Virus record (IMG/VR): IMGVR_UViG_3300044609_000595
Coordinates: 32,001-96,000 of that record
Reading direction: 5' to 3' (one strand)
Source: a virus
Length of the DNA: 64,000 bases
Each line of letters starts with the position of its first letter. The first letter of the stretch is position 1. Made by a program: the position numbers and the translations under genes. The notes under the pieces were generated by a model, which saw only the letters and a program-made list of their open reading frames with translations, ran no database searches and had not been told where the DNA came from. Positions 1 through 9,370 of this stretch are shown here, one piece after another.

Positions 1-294
1 TTTACCAGTAGAGTTGTCGGCACCAGCACCACCAGCACCAATAGTAAGATATAAAGAACTTCCGTTTGTTGTAGTTCCGCTAGTGGTTCTTACGCCACCA
101 CCGCCACCACCTCCAGAATAAGTTGCCGAAATAAAATCATCATCAGCTCTTCCTGTATTATACCCTACAGCATAAGAACCTCCGCCGCCGCCAACTAACA
201 ACATTTCCCAATTCAACGGAACTGCTGGTGGTATTGTTGATTTTGCTATACCAAATGCTTTACTGCTACCTATACCAAATGCTATTGGACTCAT
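1..294 (-). CDS. Glycine-rich virion/tail-associated protein; only the N-terminal part is in the window
   Basis: Read manually: ATG at 294 gives MSPIAFGIGSSKAFG...EMLLVGGGGGSY...GGGGGG, open to the window edge and directly downstream of the tail fibre gene. Confidence 0.7.
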   Translation of the reverse strand, partial: MSPIAFGIGSSKAFGIAKSTIPPAVPLNWEMLLVGGGGGSYAVGYNTGRADDDFISATYSGGGGGGGVRTTSGTTTNGSSLYLTIGAGGAGADNSTGK

Positions 295-302
295 ATTACA
301 CC

Positions 303-3300
303 TCAGCTAAAGTTTGTATTGCCTGAACCAAACACGTTAATCGTGCCAGCACTATCTCTTACGATAGTGAATGTGATTACATCGAAGTTATTTGTTGCTG
401 TTGGAGCAGAACCACCAGACCACTTAACTCCACCAGAAACAGCATTACCATTTACACTACAAGCATCACCATAGGTTTGTGCTGTATCACCATCAATGAT
501 TAAAGTTACTGTTGTTGCCTTACTGTTTGCTGTTGGAACGTTAGTGAATGCCCAAGTAGTTACAGAAGCGTTAAGGTCTCCAAGAACAACAGTTGCTGCT
601 GATGTATCTACAGTAAGTGTTCCAGTTGAAGGAGAAAGTGTAGTGTTGAAATTATTTACAGAAGTTTCTGTGATCTGTTTGAGGTTCGTTGTAGTGGTAA
701 CAGTAAGACCACCAAACATAGTTACGTCACCAGTAGAAGCAGAAATAGTTAATCGTTCAGTAAATACAGTATTAGCATCATTAACTGTTCTGAATGTAAA
801 ATAACCGCCACTATTATTGTAAGCACGAAGATCCCATTTACTTTGATTTGCTGTTCCTCCACTTACAGTATATCTGATGAATGGATCTGTAGATGTTAAG
901 TTTACTGAACCAGAAGAAGCACTACCAGCAAAATTAAAAGTAGATGTTCCACTTACAGTTAGACTTGTTAGAGAACCAACAGAAGTTAAACTAGAACTTG
1001 TGACACCACCCCCCAAAGCAAATGAACCAGACGAAGGACCAATCTGAGAATTACTAGCAATTAAAACGTTACCAATTCTGTATTGTTTGCCAGATGCTAA
1101 GTCGAAATGCTCTGTGGATGTCCAAGCATCTGTAGTATCAGACCACAGAATTGATTTATCTGTAGTTCCTTTGAGAACGATACCGCCATTGTTTGCTGAT
1201 AGGTCTGAAGGTCCAACAGCATTAAATGTAGCAGCACCAGATGAACCAGTAACATTGTTTGATAGGGTTGCTGAATTACCACTGATTGAAACAATTGTAG
1301 TGCCAGCAGGAACGCTAATACCAGCAGTTGTAATGCTAACTTCGATGCCAGGAATTAATCCTGCAGTTGGCGTGATACCAGAAATAGTGGCACTATTGTT
1401 TGTAACTGTTGCAACAAAGGTTGAGTTTACAACAGCACCAATTTCAATAGTCTTATCGTCCACCGAAAGAACAGAAGAATTGATTGTCGTAGTGGTTCCA
1501 TTTACTGTTAAATTACCACTCAATACAAAATTACCACCAACGTTAAAGTTTCTTGGCACAGTAACGTCGAAGTTACTATCTCCACGAACCCACGTTTCTG
1601 TACCAGAACCAATTACTAGTTGTCTATCACCAGAAATTGATGGTGGTTGATATGTAGCATTGGTACTATTCTCATCATCAGCAGGACCGATTAAAACGTT
1701 ACCTGTTCCTAGGCAGTTATAACCAGCAAAGTGTCCAATACAAACGTTAGCATTACCACTTTGGCTTTCTCCCAAAGTATTTGAGCCAACAGCAGTATTT
1801 TTGCCACCAACCAGAAGGTTGAGCATTGAATCTCTACCAACTGCTGTGTTGGCAGAACCAGTGTTGGCGTTTCTAAGTGCTCTGTAACCATATGATGTGT
1901 TTGAAGCACCAGAACTTAGAGCTGATGATGCTTCAAAACCTACGGCAGTGTTTTGACTACCAGTTGAGTTGGTTTGTAGAGCATTAAAACCAACTCTGGT
2001 GTTGGAAGCAATAGCGTTTCCGCCTCTACCAATACGGAATGGGTTGGCGCTGGTGCCTCTAATAGTAACATCAGCATTTACGAAATCAACTGTACCGTTA
2101 ACTGTTAGTGTGTCGCCAACAATTGTGTTTAAAGTGACGTTCTTTGCTACACTTAGACCGTGGCGAATTGTTGTTGTGCCAGTACCATTGGCACCTAAAG
2201 TAATTGCTGTGGCAACACCAAAAGCACTAATTGAAGTTGCTGTAGAATTTAATAGAGCAAATGATGTACTAGAGGTTCCGATGCTATCAACAAAGTTTGG
2301 GTTCTGGTTGAATAGTAAAACTCCCGTTCCACTACTATCAGAAATAATACCTCTCAACTGAGTTGAAGTTGTGGTAGCAAACGCCGCTAACGTATCCGCT
2401 GTATAAGCAACACTACCACCAGTTCTAAAAGCAACAGTAGAACCATCAGTACCAGAGAATGTTACTGTATTGCTAGCAGTTAAAGTTTTTGAGTTGGCAA
2501 TTGTGAGTGTGCCAGATGCCGTGGTTGTAATTGTTAATCCATTGATGCTAGTTGCTGTAGCAATACCAAGAGTTGGACTAGTAAGAGTTGGGGAAGTTAG
2601 AGTTTTGTTAGTTAAAGTTTGTGTTTCGGCTTCAGTTACTAATCTACGACGAACAGATCCGTCATAAACACTCCAGTATGAACCAGATTCAAACCACTGG
2701 AGTGATGTATATGTTTGTGCTACTCCAGAAGAATTAGTAGTTCTGTTTAAACGAATACCACCATCAGAACCAACGAGATTATTTCCTCTTCTTAATTCAA
2801 TTTCGTTATCAGTGACGGTTAGAGTTTGTGTATTTAAAGTAGTAGTTGTTCCACTAACAACAAAGTCACCGCCAATAGTTACTGTTGATCCATCATCGGT
2901 AATAATGCTATTAGTAAATTGTTTGTTTGAGTTATCCCATTTAATAACTTTAGAATCAGTAAAGTTGTTTGAGTTTTTAATTGAAAATTCTGTGGTTGAT
3001 AATGTAAGACCACCGTTAGCAGAAGCTGTGTAAGTAGTATTTGTATCTACTGCAGAAATATTGATTGTGCTGCCAGTCTGTGATACGGTAGCAGCTCCAG
3101 AAGAAGTGAAAGTAACATCTCCAGAAACATATGATCCTGTTGCTGTTCCTCTTAACCTAGTTACAGTATTTGTGTCAGTTGACGATATAGTAATTGTTGA
3201 ATTTGTTTGTGATACTACAGATGCACCAGAAGCAACAATAGTAATATCGCCAGTATTATAAGATGCTGTAGTACCACCTCTCACACGGGTGATAGTATCT

Positions 3301-4082
3301 TGAGAAGAAATTGTGATGTCACCACCGTTTTGTGTGACGGTTGATGCTCCTGCTTGAAGGAAAGTAAAATCACCTGAAGCTAAAGTTTGTCCAGTTCCAG
3401 CTCTCAATCGGGTGATAGTATCTGTGAATGTGGAGGAAATTGTGATAATATTTCCTGACTGAGAAACTGATGAGGATCCACTAGCAGCAATTGTGACATC
3501 ACCAGATACTAATGAACCACCAGAAGCAGATTGAATACGTGTTACTGTATCTGTATCAATGTAACTAGAATTAATAGTAATAGCATCGTCAGTTCTAGAT
3601 AGAGTTACATTACTGCCAGCTACCAATGATACGTCATCAGTGACACCAGAACCAGCATTGCCACCTGATGTTAATCTGATAATTTTTTGTGATGATGATA
3701 AACCATCGACAGCAGAAATGCTATACGTTGTGTTATTGTCTGGTGTTGATACCGAACCGCCGAGTGGAATAGAAACCCCGTTTATGTTAATTGCAGAATT
3801 AACTAATGCTGTATTCGGGATATTTGAAAAAATGTTAGCACTACCAGAAATAGTACAATTAGTTAAAGTCTTGTTAGTTAATGTTTGGGTGGCATTTAAA
3901 TATACATCTCCAGGACTGTCCCAAACTAATCCAGTACCAGTGCTTTTTAGATACTCGCCACTAACACCAGTGTCACCATTTATTGATAAGCCATTACCAG
4001 TTAAATCTAGGTTATCTCCAGATACCAGTTCTTCAATCTTTTTTGAAACTGGGTTAACAATTAACGGAAAACGATTTGCCAT
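303..4082 (-). CDS. Long tail fibre protein
   Basis: 1259 aa, T/S/G-rich; about five ~42-aa repeats (DTxTRxR...SGDVT...SQxGxxITISS), QTLTNKTL motifs and NTAVG-type beta-roll repeats. Confidence 0.8.
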   Translation of the reverse strand: MANRFPLIVNPVSKKIEELVSGDNLDLTGNGLSINGDTGVSGEYLKSTGTGLVWDSPGDVYLNATQTLTNKTLTNCTISGSANIFSNIPNTALVNSAININGVSIPLGGSVSTPDNNTTYSISAVDGLSSSQKIIRLTSGGNAGSGVTDDVSLVAGSNVTLSRTDDAITINSSYIDTDTVTRIQSASGGSLVSGDVTIAASGSSSVSQSGNIITISSTFTDTITRLRAGTGQTLASGDFTFLQAGASTVTQNGGDITISSQDTITRVRGGTTASYNTGDITIVASGASVVSQTNSTITISSTDTNTVTRLRGTATGSYVSGDVTFTSSGAATVSQTGSTINISAVDTNTTYTASANGGLTLSTTEFSIKNSNNFTDSKVIKWDNSNKQFTNSIITDDGSTVTIGGDFVVSGTTTTLNTQTLTVTDNEIELRRGNNLVGSDGGIRLNRTTNSSGVAQTYTSLQWFESGSYWSVYDGSVRRRLVTEAETQTLTNKTLTSPTLTSPTLGIATATSINGLTITTTASGTLTIANSKTLTASNTVTFSGTDGSTVAFRTGGSVAYTADTLAAFATTTSTQLRGIISDSSGTGVLLFNQNPNFVDSIGTSSTSFALLNSTATSISAFGVATAITLGANGTGTTTIRHGLSVAKNVTLNTIVGDTLTVNGTVDFVNADVTIRGTSANPFRIGRGGNAIASNTRVGFNALQTNSTGSQNTAVGFEASSALSSGASNTSYGYRALRNANTGSANTAVGRDSMLNLLVGGKNTAVGSNTLGESQSGNANVCIGHFAGYNCLGTGNVLIGPADDENSTNATYQPPSISGDRQLVIGSGTETWVRGDSNFDVTVPRNFNVGGNFVLSGNLTVNGTTTTINSSVLSVDDKTIEIGAVVNSTFVATVTNNSATISGITPTAGLIPGIEVSITTAGISVPAGTTIVSISGNSATLSNNVTGSSGAATFNAVGPSDLSANNGGIVLKGTTDKSILWSDTTDAWTSTEHFDLASGKQYRIGNVLIASNSQIGPSSGSFALGGGVTSSSLTSVGSLTSLTVSGTSTFNFAGSASSGSVNLTSTDPFIRYTVSGGTANQSKWDLRAYNNSGGYFTFRTVNDANTVFTERLTISASTGDVTMFGGLTVTTTTNLKQITETSVNNFNTTLSPSTGTLTVDTSAATVVLGDLNASVTTWAFTNVPTANSKATTVTLIIDGDTAQTYGDACSVNGNAVSGGVKWSGGSAPTATNNFDVITFTIVRDSAGTINVFGSGNTNFS

Positions 4083-4196
4083 TACACTATCTAAGGGAGG
4101 CGTATTTATTCTTAAAGTTATTTATGCCCGAGGGAACTGTTCACATAAGATGTCTTAATGTCAGCACCCCCTGACCATTGTAGGTACTAATACCCA

Positions 4197-4230
4197 TTGA
4201 CTTCCTAAATAAAAGGTTGTATTATAAATA
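4197..4230 (+). promoter_or_regulatory. Composite psbA promoter: sigma70-type TTGACT-17-TATTAT overlapping T4 late promoter TATAAATA
   Basis: TTGACT 4197-4202, TATTAT 4220-4225, TATAAATA 4223-4230. Confidence 0.75.
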
Positions 4231-4296
4231 AGTCGGTGAGGGAGCTTAACATTCCTTCACATACTTTTTAATAAACCTTTACGTTCTTTTAAAACT

Positions 4297-5376
4297 ATGA
4301 CTGCTACTCTCGCTCAACAGCGTGGAAGCAACACTTGGGAACAATTCTGTGAGTGGGTGACTTCTACCAACAATCGTCTTTACGTTGGTTGGTTTGGAAC
4401 TCTAATGATTCCAACACTTCTCGCTGCTACTATTTGTTTCATTGTTGCTTTTATTGCTGCACCTCCTGTCGATATCGACGGCATCCGTGAACCAGTTGCT
4501 GGTTCTCTAATGTATGGAAACAATATCATCTCTGGTGCTGTTGTTCCTTCTAGCAACGCTATCGGACTTCACTTCTACCCCATCTGGGAAGCTGCTTCTC
4601 TTGATGAGTGGCTATATAATGGTGGACCATTTCAACTGGTCGTCTTCCACTTTCTGATTGGTATCTATGCCTACATGGGTCGTGAATGGGAACTATCTTA
4701 CCGACTGGGTATGCGTCCTTGGATTTGTGTTGCCTACTCTGCACCCGTTGCTGCTGCTTCTGCAGTGTTCCTGGTCTATCCCTTTGGTCAAGGATCCTTC
4801 AGTGACGCAATGCCTCTTGGGATTTCGGGAACTTTCAACTACATGCTTGTTTTCCAGGCAGAACACAACATTCTTATGCATCCTTTCCACATGTTGGGAG
4901 TTGCTGGTGTCTTCGGTGGTTCTCTTTTCTCTGCTATGCACGGATCTCTTGTCACCTCTAGTCTTGTACGTGAGACGACAGAAACTGAATCACAAAACTA
5001 CGGTTACAAGTTCGGACAAGAAGAAGAAACCTACAACATTGTAGCTGCTCATGGTTATTTCGGTCGTCTTATCTTCCAATATGCTTCCTTCAATAACTCA
5101 CGTTCACTGCACTTCTTCCTTGCTGCTTGGCCTGTAGTTGGCATCTGGTTCACTGCTCTCGGTGTTAGCACCATGGCATTCAACCTGAACGGTTTCAACT
5201 TCAACCAGTCCATTGTTGATAGTCAGAACCGTGTGATTCCTACTTGGGCAGACATTCTGAACCGTGGTGGACTCGGGATGGAGGTGATGCACGAAAGGAA
5301 CGCACACAACTTCCCTCTCGATCTTGCTGCTGCTGATATGACTCCTGTAGCACTCACAGCACCTGCCATCGGTTGA
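4297..5376 (+). CDS. psbA: Photosystem II D1 protein
   Basis: Unambiguous D1 sequence (NRLYVGWFG...HNFPLDLA), uninterrupted, YMGREWE (Glu130) form. Confidence 0.99.
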   Translation: MTATLAQQRGSNTWEQFCEWVTSTNNRLYVGWFGTLMIPTLLAATICFIVAFIAAPPVDIDGIREPVAGSLMYGNNIISGAVVPSSNAIGLHFYPIWEAASLDEWLYNGGPFQLVVFHFLIGIYAYMGREWELSYRLGMRPWICVAYSAPVAAASAVFLVYPFGQGSFSDAMPLGISGTFNYMLVFQAEHNILMHPFHMLGVAGVFGGSLFSAMHGSLVTSSLVRETTETESQNYGYKFGQEEETYNIVAAHGYFGRLIFQYASFNNSRSLHFFLAAWPVVGIWFTALGVSTMAFNLNGFNFNQSIVDSQNRVIPTWADILNRGGLGMEVMHERNAHNFPLDLAAADMTPVALTAPAIG

Positions 5377-5401
5377 TAAAAATTAAATAACTGATATAAC
5401 T

Positions 5402-5428
5402 AAGAGGGTATAACAACCCTCTTTTTTT
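5402..5428 (+). terminator. Rho-independent terminator after psbA
   Basis: AAGAGGGT-ATAACA-ACCCTCTT followed by a T run. Confidence 0.85.
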
Positions 5429-5548
5429 ATGTCTCATAATACTCAAAACGAACCTATGCCCGAGTGGGTAATCTGGGCAGGAATAGGACTTATGGTATTC
5501 ACTATACTTTGCTTTGTCTTACTGACTGTTGGAATGATTTATGAATGA
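5429..5548 (+). CDS. Small single-pass membrane protein (39 aa), not in the ORF track
   Basis: MSHNTQNEPMPEWVIWAGIGLMVFTILCFVLLTVGMIYE*, with one hydrophobic helix. Confidence 0.55.
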   Translation: MSHNTQNEPMPEWVIWAGIGLMVFTILCFVLLTVGMIYE

Positions 5549-5637
5549 GTAAACCACTAGCTTTGTCTTCAATTCATAACAAATTTTATAATTACAACAA
5601 AAATAGGTTATAATTATACATGAGTTCTCACCTTTAT

Positions 5638-6294
5638 ATGAAGATCTTTTTAGATACAGCAGATGTTTCAATGATTAGTCCAGCATACGAGACTGGATTA
5701 TTAGATGGAGTCACCACAAATCCTACTTTAATTCTTAGAAGTGGTAGGCAACTCTTAGAAGTTATTGATGAAATTTCAAATATATTTCCAGATTTACAAA
5801 GCATTTCTGCAGAGGTTGTTGCAGATACTGCCGAAGAAATGCTTTCACAAGCACAACAATATTATTCAATCGCACCCGCAGTTACAATTAAAGTTCCTTG
5901 TACCGTAGAAGGACTTAAGACTTGTAAGTTTCTCACTGACAAAGGAATTCAAGTTAATGTAACTCTTGTGTTCTCAGTATCTCAGGCAATCCTTGCATCT
6001 AAGGCAGGAGCAACATTCATCTCACCATTCGTTGGTCGTTGGATGGACAATTCTGTAGATGGAATTGAACTTATCAAGAACATTCGTAAGGCATTTGATT
6101 ACTCTGGAACATCTACACAAATTCTTGCAGCATCTCTTCGTGATATAAGACAGGTAGAACAATCTGCCCTCTGTGGTGCTGATGTAGTCACAATTCCTCC
6201 AGTTGTCTTCTGGGCAATGTATAAGAACATTATGACTGATAAGGGTCTGGAACTCTTTCAGAAAGATTGGAATTCAGTTTTAGATAACAAATAA
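5638..6294 (+). CDS. talC: Transaldolase (TalC/Fsa family)
   Basis: MKIFLDTAD, GVTTNPTLI, TIKVP (Schiff-base Lys), NVTLVFS, ISPFVGR, ILAASLR; start probably 5638 rather than 5620. Confidence 0.95.
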   Translation: MKIFLDTADVSMISPAYETGLLDGVTTNPTLILRSGRQLLEVIDEISNIFPDLQSISAEVVADTAEEMLSQAQQYYSIAPAVTIKVPCTVEGLKTCKFLTDKGIQVNVTLVFSVSQAILASKAGATFISPFVGRWMDNSVDGIELIKNIRKAFDYSGTSTQILAASLRDIRQVEQSALCGADVVTIPPVVFWAMYKNIMTDKGLELFQKDWNSVLDNK

Positions 6295-6500
6295 TGAAAT
6301 CTCAAGATCAGTGTTGGCATTTTGTGATGTCATCATTCTCCAGATTGTATGGTGTTAAGAGAGTTATGAGTGAACAAAAGTTTCATGAAATTGCTCTACA
6401 ATGGTGTGATGATCACAATTATGTTTGTGACATTCACTTAGATAGTTTGGCAAAAGTGGATACCTATTTTAGAAAAATTTACGAGGATTGGGAAAAATGA
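6294..6500 (+). CDS. Hypothetical protein
   Basis: 68-aa ORF coupled between talC and gnd. Confidence 0.65.
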   Translation: MKSQDQCWHFVMSSFSRLYGVKRVMSEQKFHEIALQWCDDHNYVCDIHLDSLAKVDTYFRKIYEDWEK

Positions 6501-7531
6501 AAGTTGGATTGATTGGACTAGGACGAATGGGCGAAGGAATGTCTCGTCGTATGATGAAGGCAGGAATAGAAGTCTGGGGTTATCGTAGGAATTATGAGAA
6601 GGCAAGTGAAGCATATGAGAAAGGATATGTCGATGGAGTTGCAACTACTATCGAAAATCTTGTGAAAATAGTTAAACAAAAAATAAATGGTGGTGATCAA
6701 CCAGGAATTTTTCAGATGGTTGTACCTGCTGAAACTGTAGAGGAGACGATTAATGAACTACTACGATATTGTAGTGAAGGAGATATTATTATTGATCATG
6801 GCAATAGCAATTTTAAGGACAGTCGGAAGAGAGCAGAACGTCTGGCAAAACTGGGTATCCAATATATTGATTGTGGCACTAGCGGTGGTGTTTATGGTTT
6901 GGATCGTGGATACTGTCTTATGGTTGGAGGTGGAGATACTGCAGTCGCCACTTGTTCGAGCATTTTTAATGCCCTCTCCCCAGGAATTGACGCTGCCCCC
7001 AGGACTCAATTTGACTCAGACATAACTTCTGCCGAATATGGATGGTTGCATTGTGGTGGTCCAGGTGCAGGACACTTTGTGAAGATGGTTCACAATGGCA
7101 TTGAATATGGCATGATGCAAGCATACGCAGAAGGATTTAACATCATCAAGAACGCTAACGCAGGGGCTCAATATGTCAGAGAAGGTGATGCTGAAGTTGC
7201 TCCAATGGCAGACCCAGAATCCTATTGCTATGATATTGACGTTGCTGAGGTTGCTGAGTTATGGCGTCGTGGTAGCGTGGTTGGGTCTTGGTTACTCGAT
7301 CTTACTGCTGATGTGTTACGCAGGGATGGTCAGCTTAAACAGTTCTCTGGAGGCGTATCCGATAGCGGTGAGGGTCGTTGGACTGTTTCTGCCGCTGTGG
7401 ATCTGGGGGTTCCCGCTCCTGTCATTACTACTGCCTTATTTGAAAGATTTAATTCACGCAATCTCGGATCGTTCGGAGCAAAAATCCTGAACGGAATGCG
7501 TTACATGTTTGGGGGACACCACGTAAGATAA
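6497..7531 (+). CDS. gnd: 6-phosphogluconate dehydrogenase (decarboxylating)
   Basis: GLIGLGRMG Rossmann motif, IIDHGNS, DCGTSGG, GHFVKMVHNGIEYG, DSGEGRW. Confidence 0.96.
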   Translation: MKVGLIGLGRMGEGMSRRMMKAGIEVWGYRRNYEKASEAYEKGYVDGVATTIENLVKIVKQKINGGDQPGIFQMVVPAETVEETINELLRYCSEGDIIIDHGNSNFKDSRKRAERLAKLGIQYIDCGTSGGVYGLDRGYCLMVGGGDTAVATCSSIFNALSPGIDAAPRTQFDSDITSAEYGWLHCGGPGAGHFVKMVHNGIEYGMMQAYAEGFNIIKNANAGAQYVREGDAEVAPMADPESYCYDIDVAEVAELWRRGSVVGSWLLDLTADVLRRDGQLKQFSGGVSDSGEGRWTVSAAVDLGVPAPVITTALFERFNSRNLGSFGAKILNGMRYMFGGHHVR

Positions 7532-7609
7532 TTTAACAATGTCTGTCATGGATCCCTGACAGGCATATGCCAATACTACATATAGGTGCTGCAGAGTGCC
7601 GTAGAAACC

Positions 7610-7638
7610 TTGTCGTATATACAGATACCTGCTATACT
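7610..7638 (+). promoter_or_regulatory. Putative sigma70-type promoter
   Basis: TTGTCG-17-TATACT with extended -10 TG, upstream of the 7702 ORF. Confidence 0.5.
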
Positions 7639-7701
7639 ATATTGAAGACAAGGGCAGCAGCTTAGCACCCAGCGTCTTTATGCTGTACACATTAAAAAAC
7701 T

Positions 7702-8169
7702 ATGAAACCCTTTTCATATTATCAAACGACATCGGTATCAATTCCGAACAAAGATAATTACATGACAATATACTATTACAAAAAAGGAGTAATGGTAGGA
7801 ATGAAAAGACAATTTGATGTTGATTTTGAACCACCAAAAGGATGCGTTGAAGAAAAGGTTTTAGATGAACTTTCTTATAATGCTCATCTGAAACATTATC
7901 ATGAAGAAAATGTTAGATTGCAGAATGAGTTTCGTAGAGATCTCATTTCAAAATATGGTATAGCAAATCATCCAAAAGCAGATAAGATTTTTGAAAAAGC
8001 ATGGGAACTTTCAAGTGGAACTAACTTGAGAGAAGTTGAAGATTATTTTATTAGTCTTGTAGAACTTATCACAACCAACAATGATTTAATTATTGGGGAA
8101 GATACTATTAGTTTCGAAACCAATAGTATCTCCTTTGACAATGTAACTGGAATGCCAATTTTTAACTGA
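7702..8169 (+). CDS. Hypothetical protein
   Basis: 155-aa ORF with an upstream promoter. Confidence 0.7.
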   Translation: MKPFSYYQTTSVSIPNKDNYMTIYYYKKGVMVGMKRQFDVDFEPPKGCVEEKVLDELSYNAHLKHYHEENVRLQNEFRRDLISKYGIANHPKADKIFEKAWELSSGTNLREVEDYFISLVELITTNNDLIIGEDTISFETNSISFDNVTGMPIFN

Positions 8170-8177
8170 TTGAAATT

Positions 8178-8465
8178 ATGTCACTAACTATTGAACAAAT
8201 TGAAGAACAGATTGCTAATCTACAGCAAACTTTAGAACAACTAAAGAATCCTAAACTAGAAGTTGCTCGCCACTTTTCTGGGCAATACTTTGCTCCTTAT
8301 CAAGGTAGACTTTATAGGCGAATGGAATCTGAAGGTATACCCATCTGGGAAACGTACCTTGATATTAAAAAGGAATGGGTTCTTGCCGAGACAAAAGAAT
8401 CCAAAAATCTTGAGAAGACTTATCAACAAGATTGTATTGTAGCTGAAGAAATTATAGAAGAATAA
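8178..8465 (+). CDS. Hypothetical protein with N-terminal coiled coil
   Basis: 95-aa ORF followed by a terminator. Confidence 0.7.
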   Translation: MSLTIEQIEEQIANLQQTLEQLKNPKLEVARHFSGQYFAPYQGRLYRRMESEGIPIWETYLDIKKEWVLAETKESKNLEKTYQQDCIVAEEIIEE

Positions 8466-8496
8466 AAAAATAGGGGGCTTTATGCCCCCTTTATTA
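8464..8496. terminator. Bidirectional terminator between convergent genes
   Basis: A run, AGGGGGC-TTTAT-GCCCCCT, then TTATTATTT. Confidence 0.85.
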
Positions 8497-8916
8497 TTTG
8501 GGTTCCTCTGCAGGAACATACTTATGTTGTATTTTATATCCCATTTCACTTGGCGTCCACCATCCAGATGCTAGAGTAGATATTGAAGTTGCTAAAATTG
8601 CTGATGCTATACCAACACCAACAATCATCCATTTAATTCTGGAAACATCTTCAATTTTTTTCTCTACCAATTCCATTTTTTTATTGACAGAATCTCTCAC
8701 TTCATCAATCATTTTAATAATCAATTCATTAGCTTGTGCGGCATGGTCTAATCTATTTTCATGTCGTTCAAGAATGATAGAAACTGTGTGATTACTTTCG
8801 GTAATCCTATCCACAGCTTTCTCCAACTTGTACAACATTTCTTTAGTTAGATTTTCATAAAATTGAAATTTAGATTCAAGAACTGCAATTTGTCTATTGG
8901 TTATACCAAACCCCAT
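8494..8916 (-). CDS. Coiled-coil protein with C-terminal transmembrane helix
   Basis: Heptad-like N-terminus, WMIVGVGIASAILATSISTLA hydrophobic segment, GGAGA RBS. Confidence 0.8.
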   Translation of the reverse strand: MGFGITNRQIAVLESKFQFYENLTKEMLYKLEKAVDRITESNHTVSIILERHENRLDHAAQANELIIKMIDEVRDSVNKKMELVEKKIEDVSRIKWMIVGVGIASAILATSISTLASGWWTPSEMGYKIQHKYVPAEEPK

Positions 8917-8933
8917 AGTAGTTATCTCCCTGG

Positions 8934-9221
8934 TTAATTGGAAATAATAACTTGGGATGATACATTTAACATATTTTGTTCAATAATTTTTGGCTCAGAT
9001 GAATTATCTGGTGCGGGAGACATTGATTGATAAATGTCAGAATCCTGAATTACATCACTCATATCTCCGTAGTTAATAATGCTTTGATCAACTTCTGCAA
9101 GTTGACTATCAACTATATTTTGTTGGTAATTATAATAGGGATTATAATATCTTCTATAATAATAGGGATCTAGATTGTAATATCTCCTATAGTAGGGATA
9201 TGGTTGGTATCTGTAATACAT
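8934..9221 (-). CDS. Tyrosine-rich protein
   Basis: MYYRYQPYPYYRRYYNLDPYYYRRYYNPYYNY N-terminus, acidic/Gln C-terminus, AGGAGA RBS. Confidence 0.8.
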   Translation of the reverse strand: MYYRYQPYPYYRRYYNLDPYYYRRYYNPYYNYQQNIVDSQLAEVDQSIINYGDMSDVIQDSDIYQSMSPAPDNSSEPKIIEQNMLNVSSQVIISN

Positions 9222-9235
9222 TCTGAATCTCCTAC

Positions 9236-9370
9236 TTAGTAACGATAGTAAGGATAATACGAGTCATAAGGGCAATATCTATCATAATAAGGGTAACACC
9301 CATAGCCGTAAGGGCTGTAGTAGTCATAATATCTCCTGTGGTAATAGGGGTAGTATCGTGGATAGTACAT
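9236..9370 (-). CDS. 44-aa extremely Tyr-rich peptide, not in the ORF track
   Basis: MYYPRYYPYYHRRYYDYYSPYGYGCYPYYDRYCPYDSYYPYYRY* (22 of 44 Tyr), GGAGA RBS 5 nt before the ATG. Confidence 0.8.
   Translation of the reverse strand: MYYPRYYPYYHRRYYDYYSPYGYGCYPYYDRYCPYDSYYPYYRY

Noticed and set aside
496-4158. Many plus-strand ORFs opposite the tail fibre gene, and similar antisense ORFs across 24-60 kb
   Set aside because: Shadow frames caused by codon bias of T/S/G-rich genes; no RBS, promoter or motif support
4297-5376. Intron or homing element in psbA
   Set aside because: The ORF is continuous and full length
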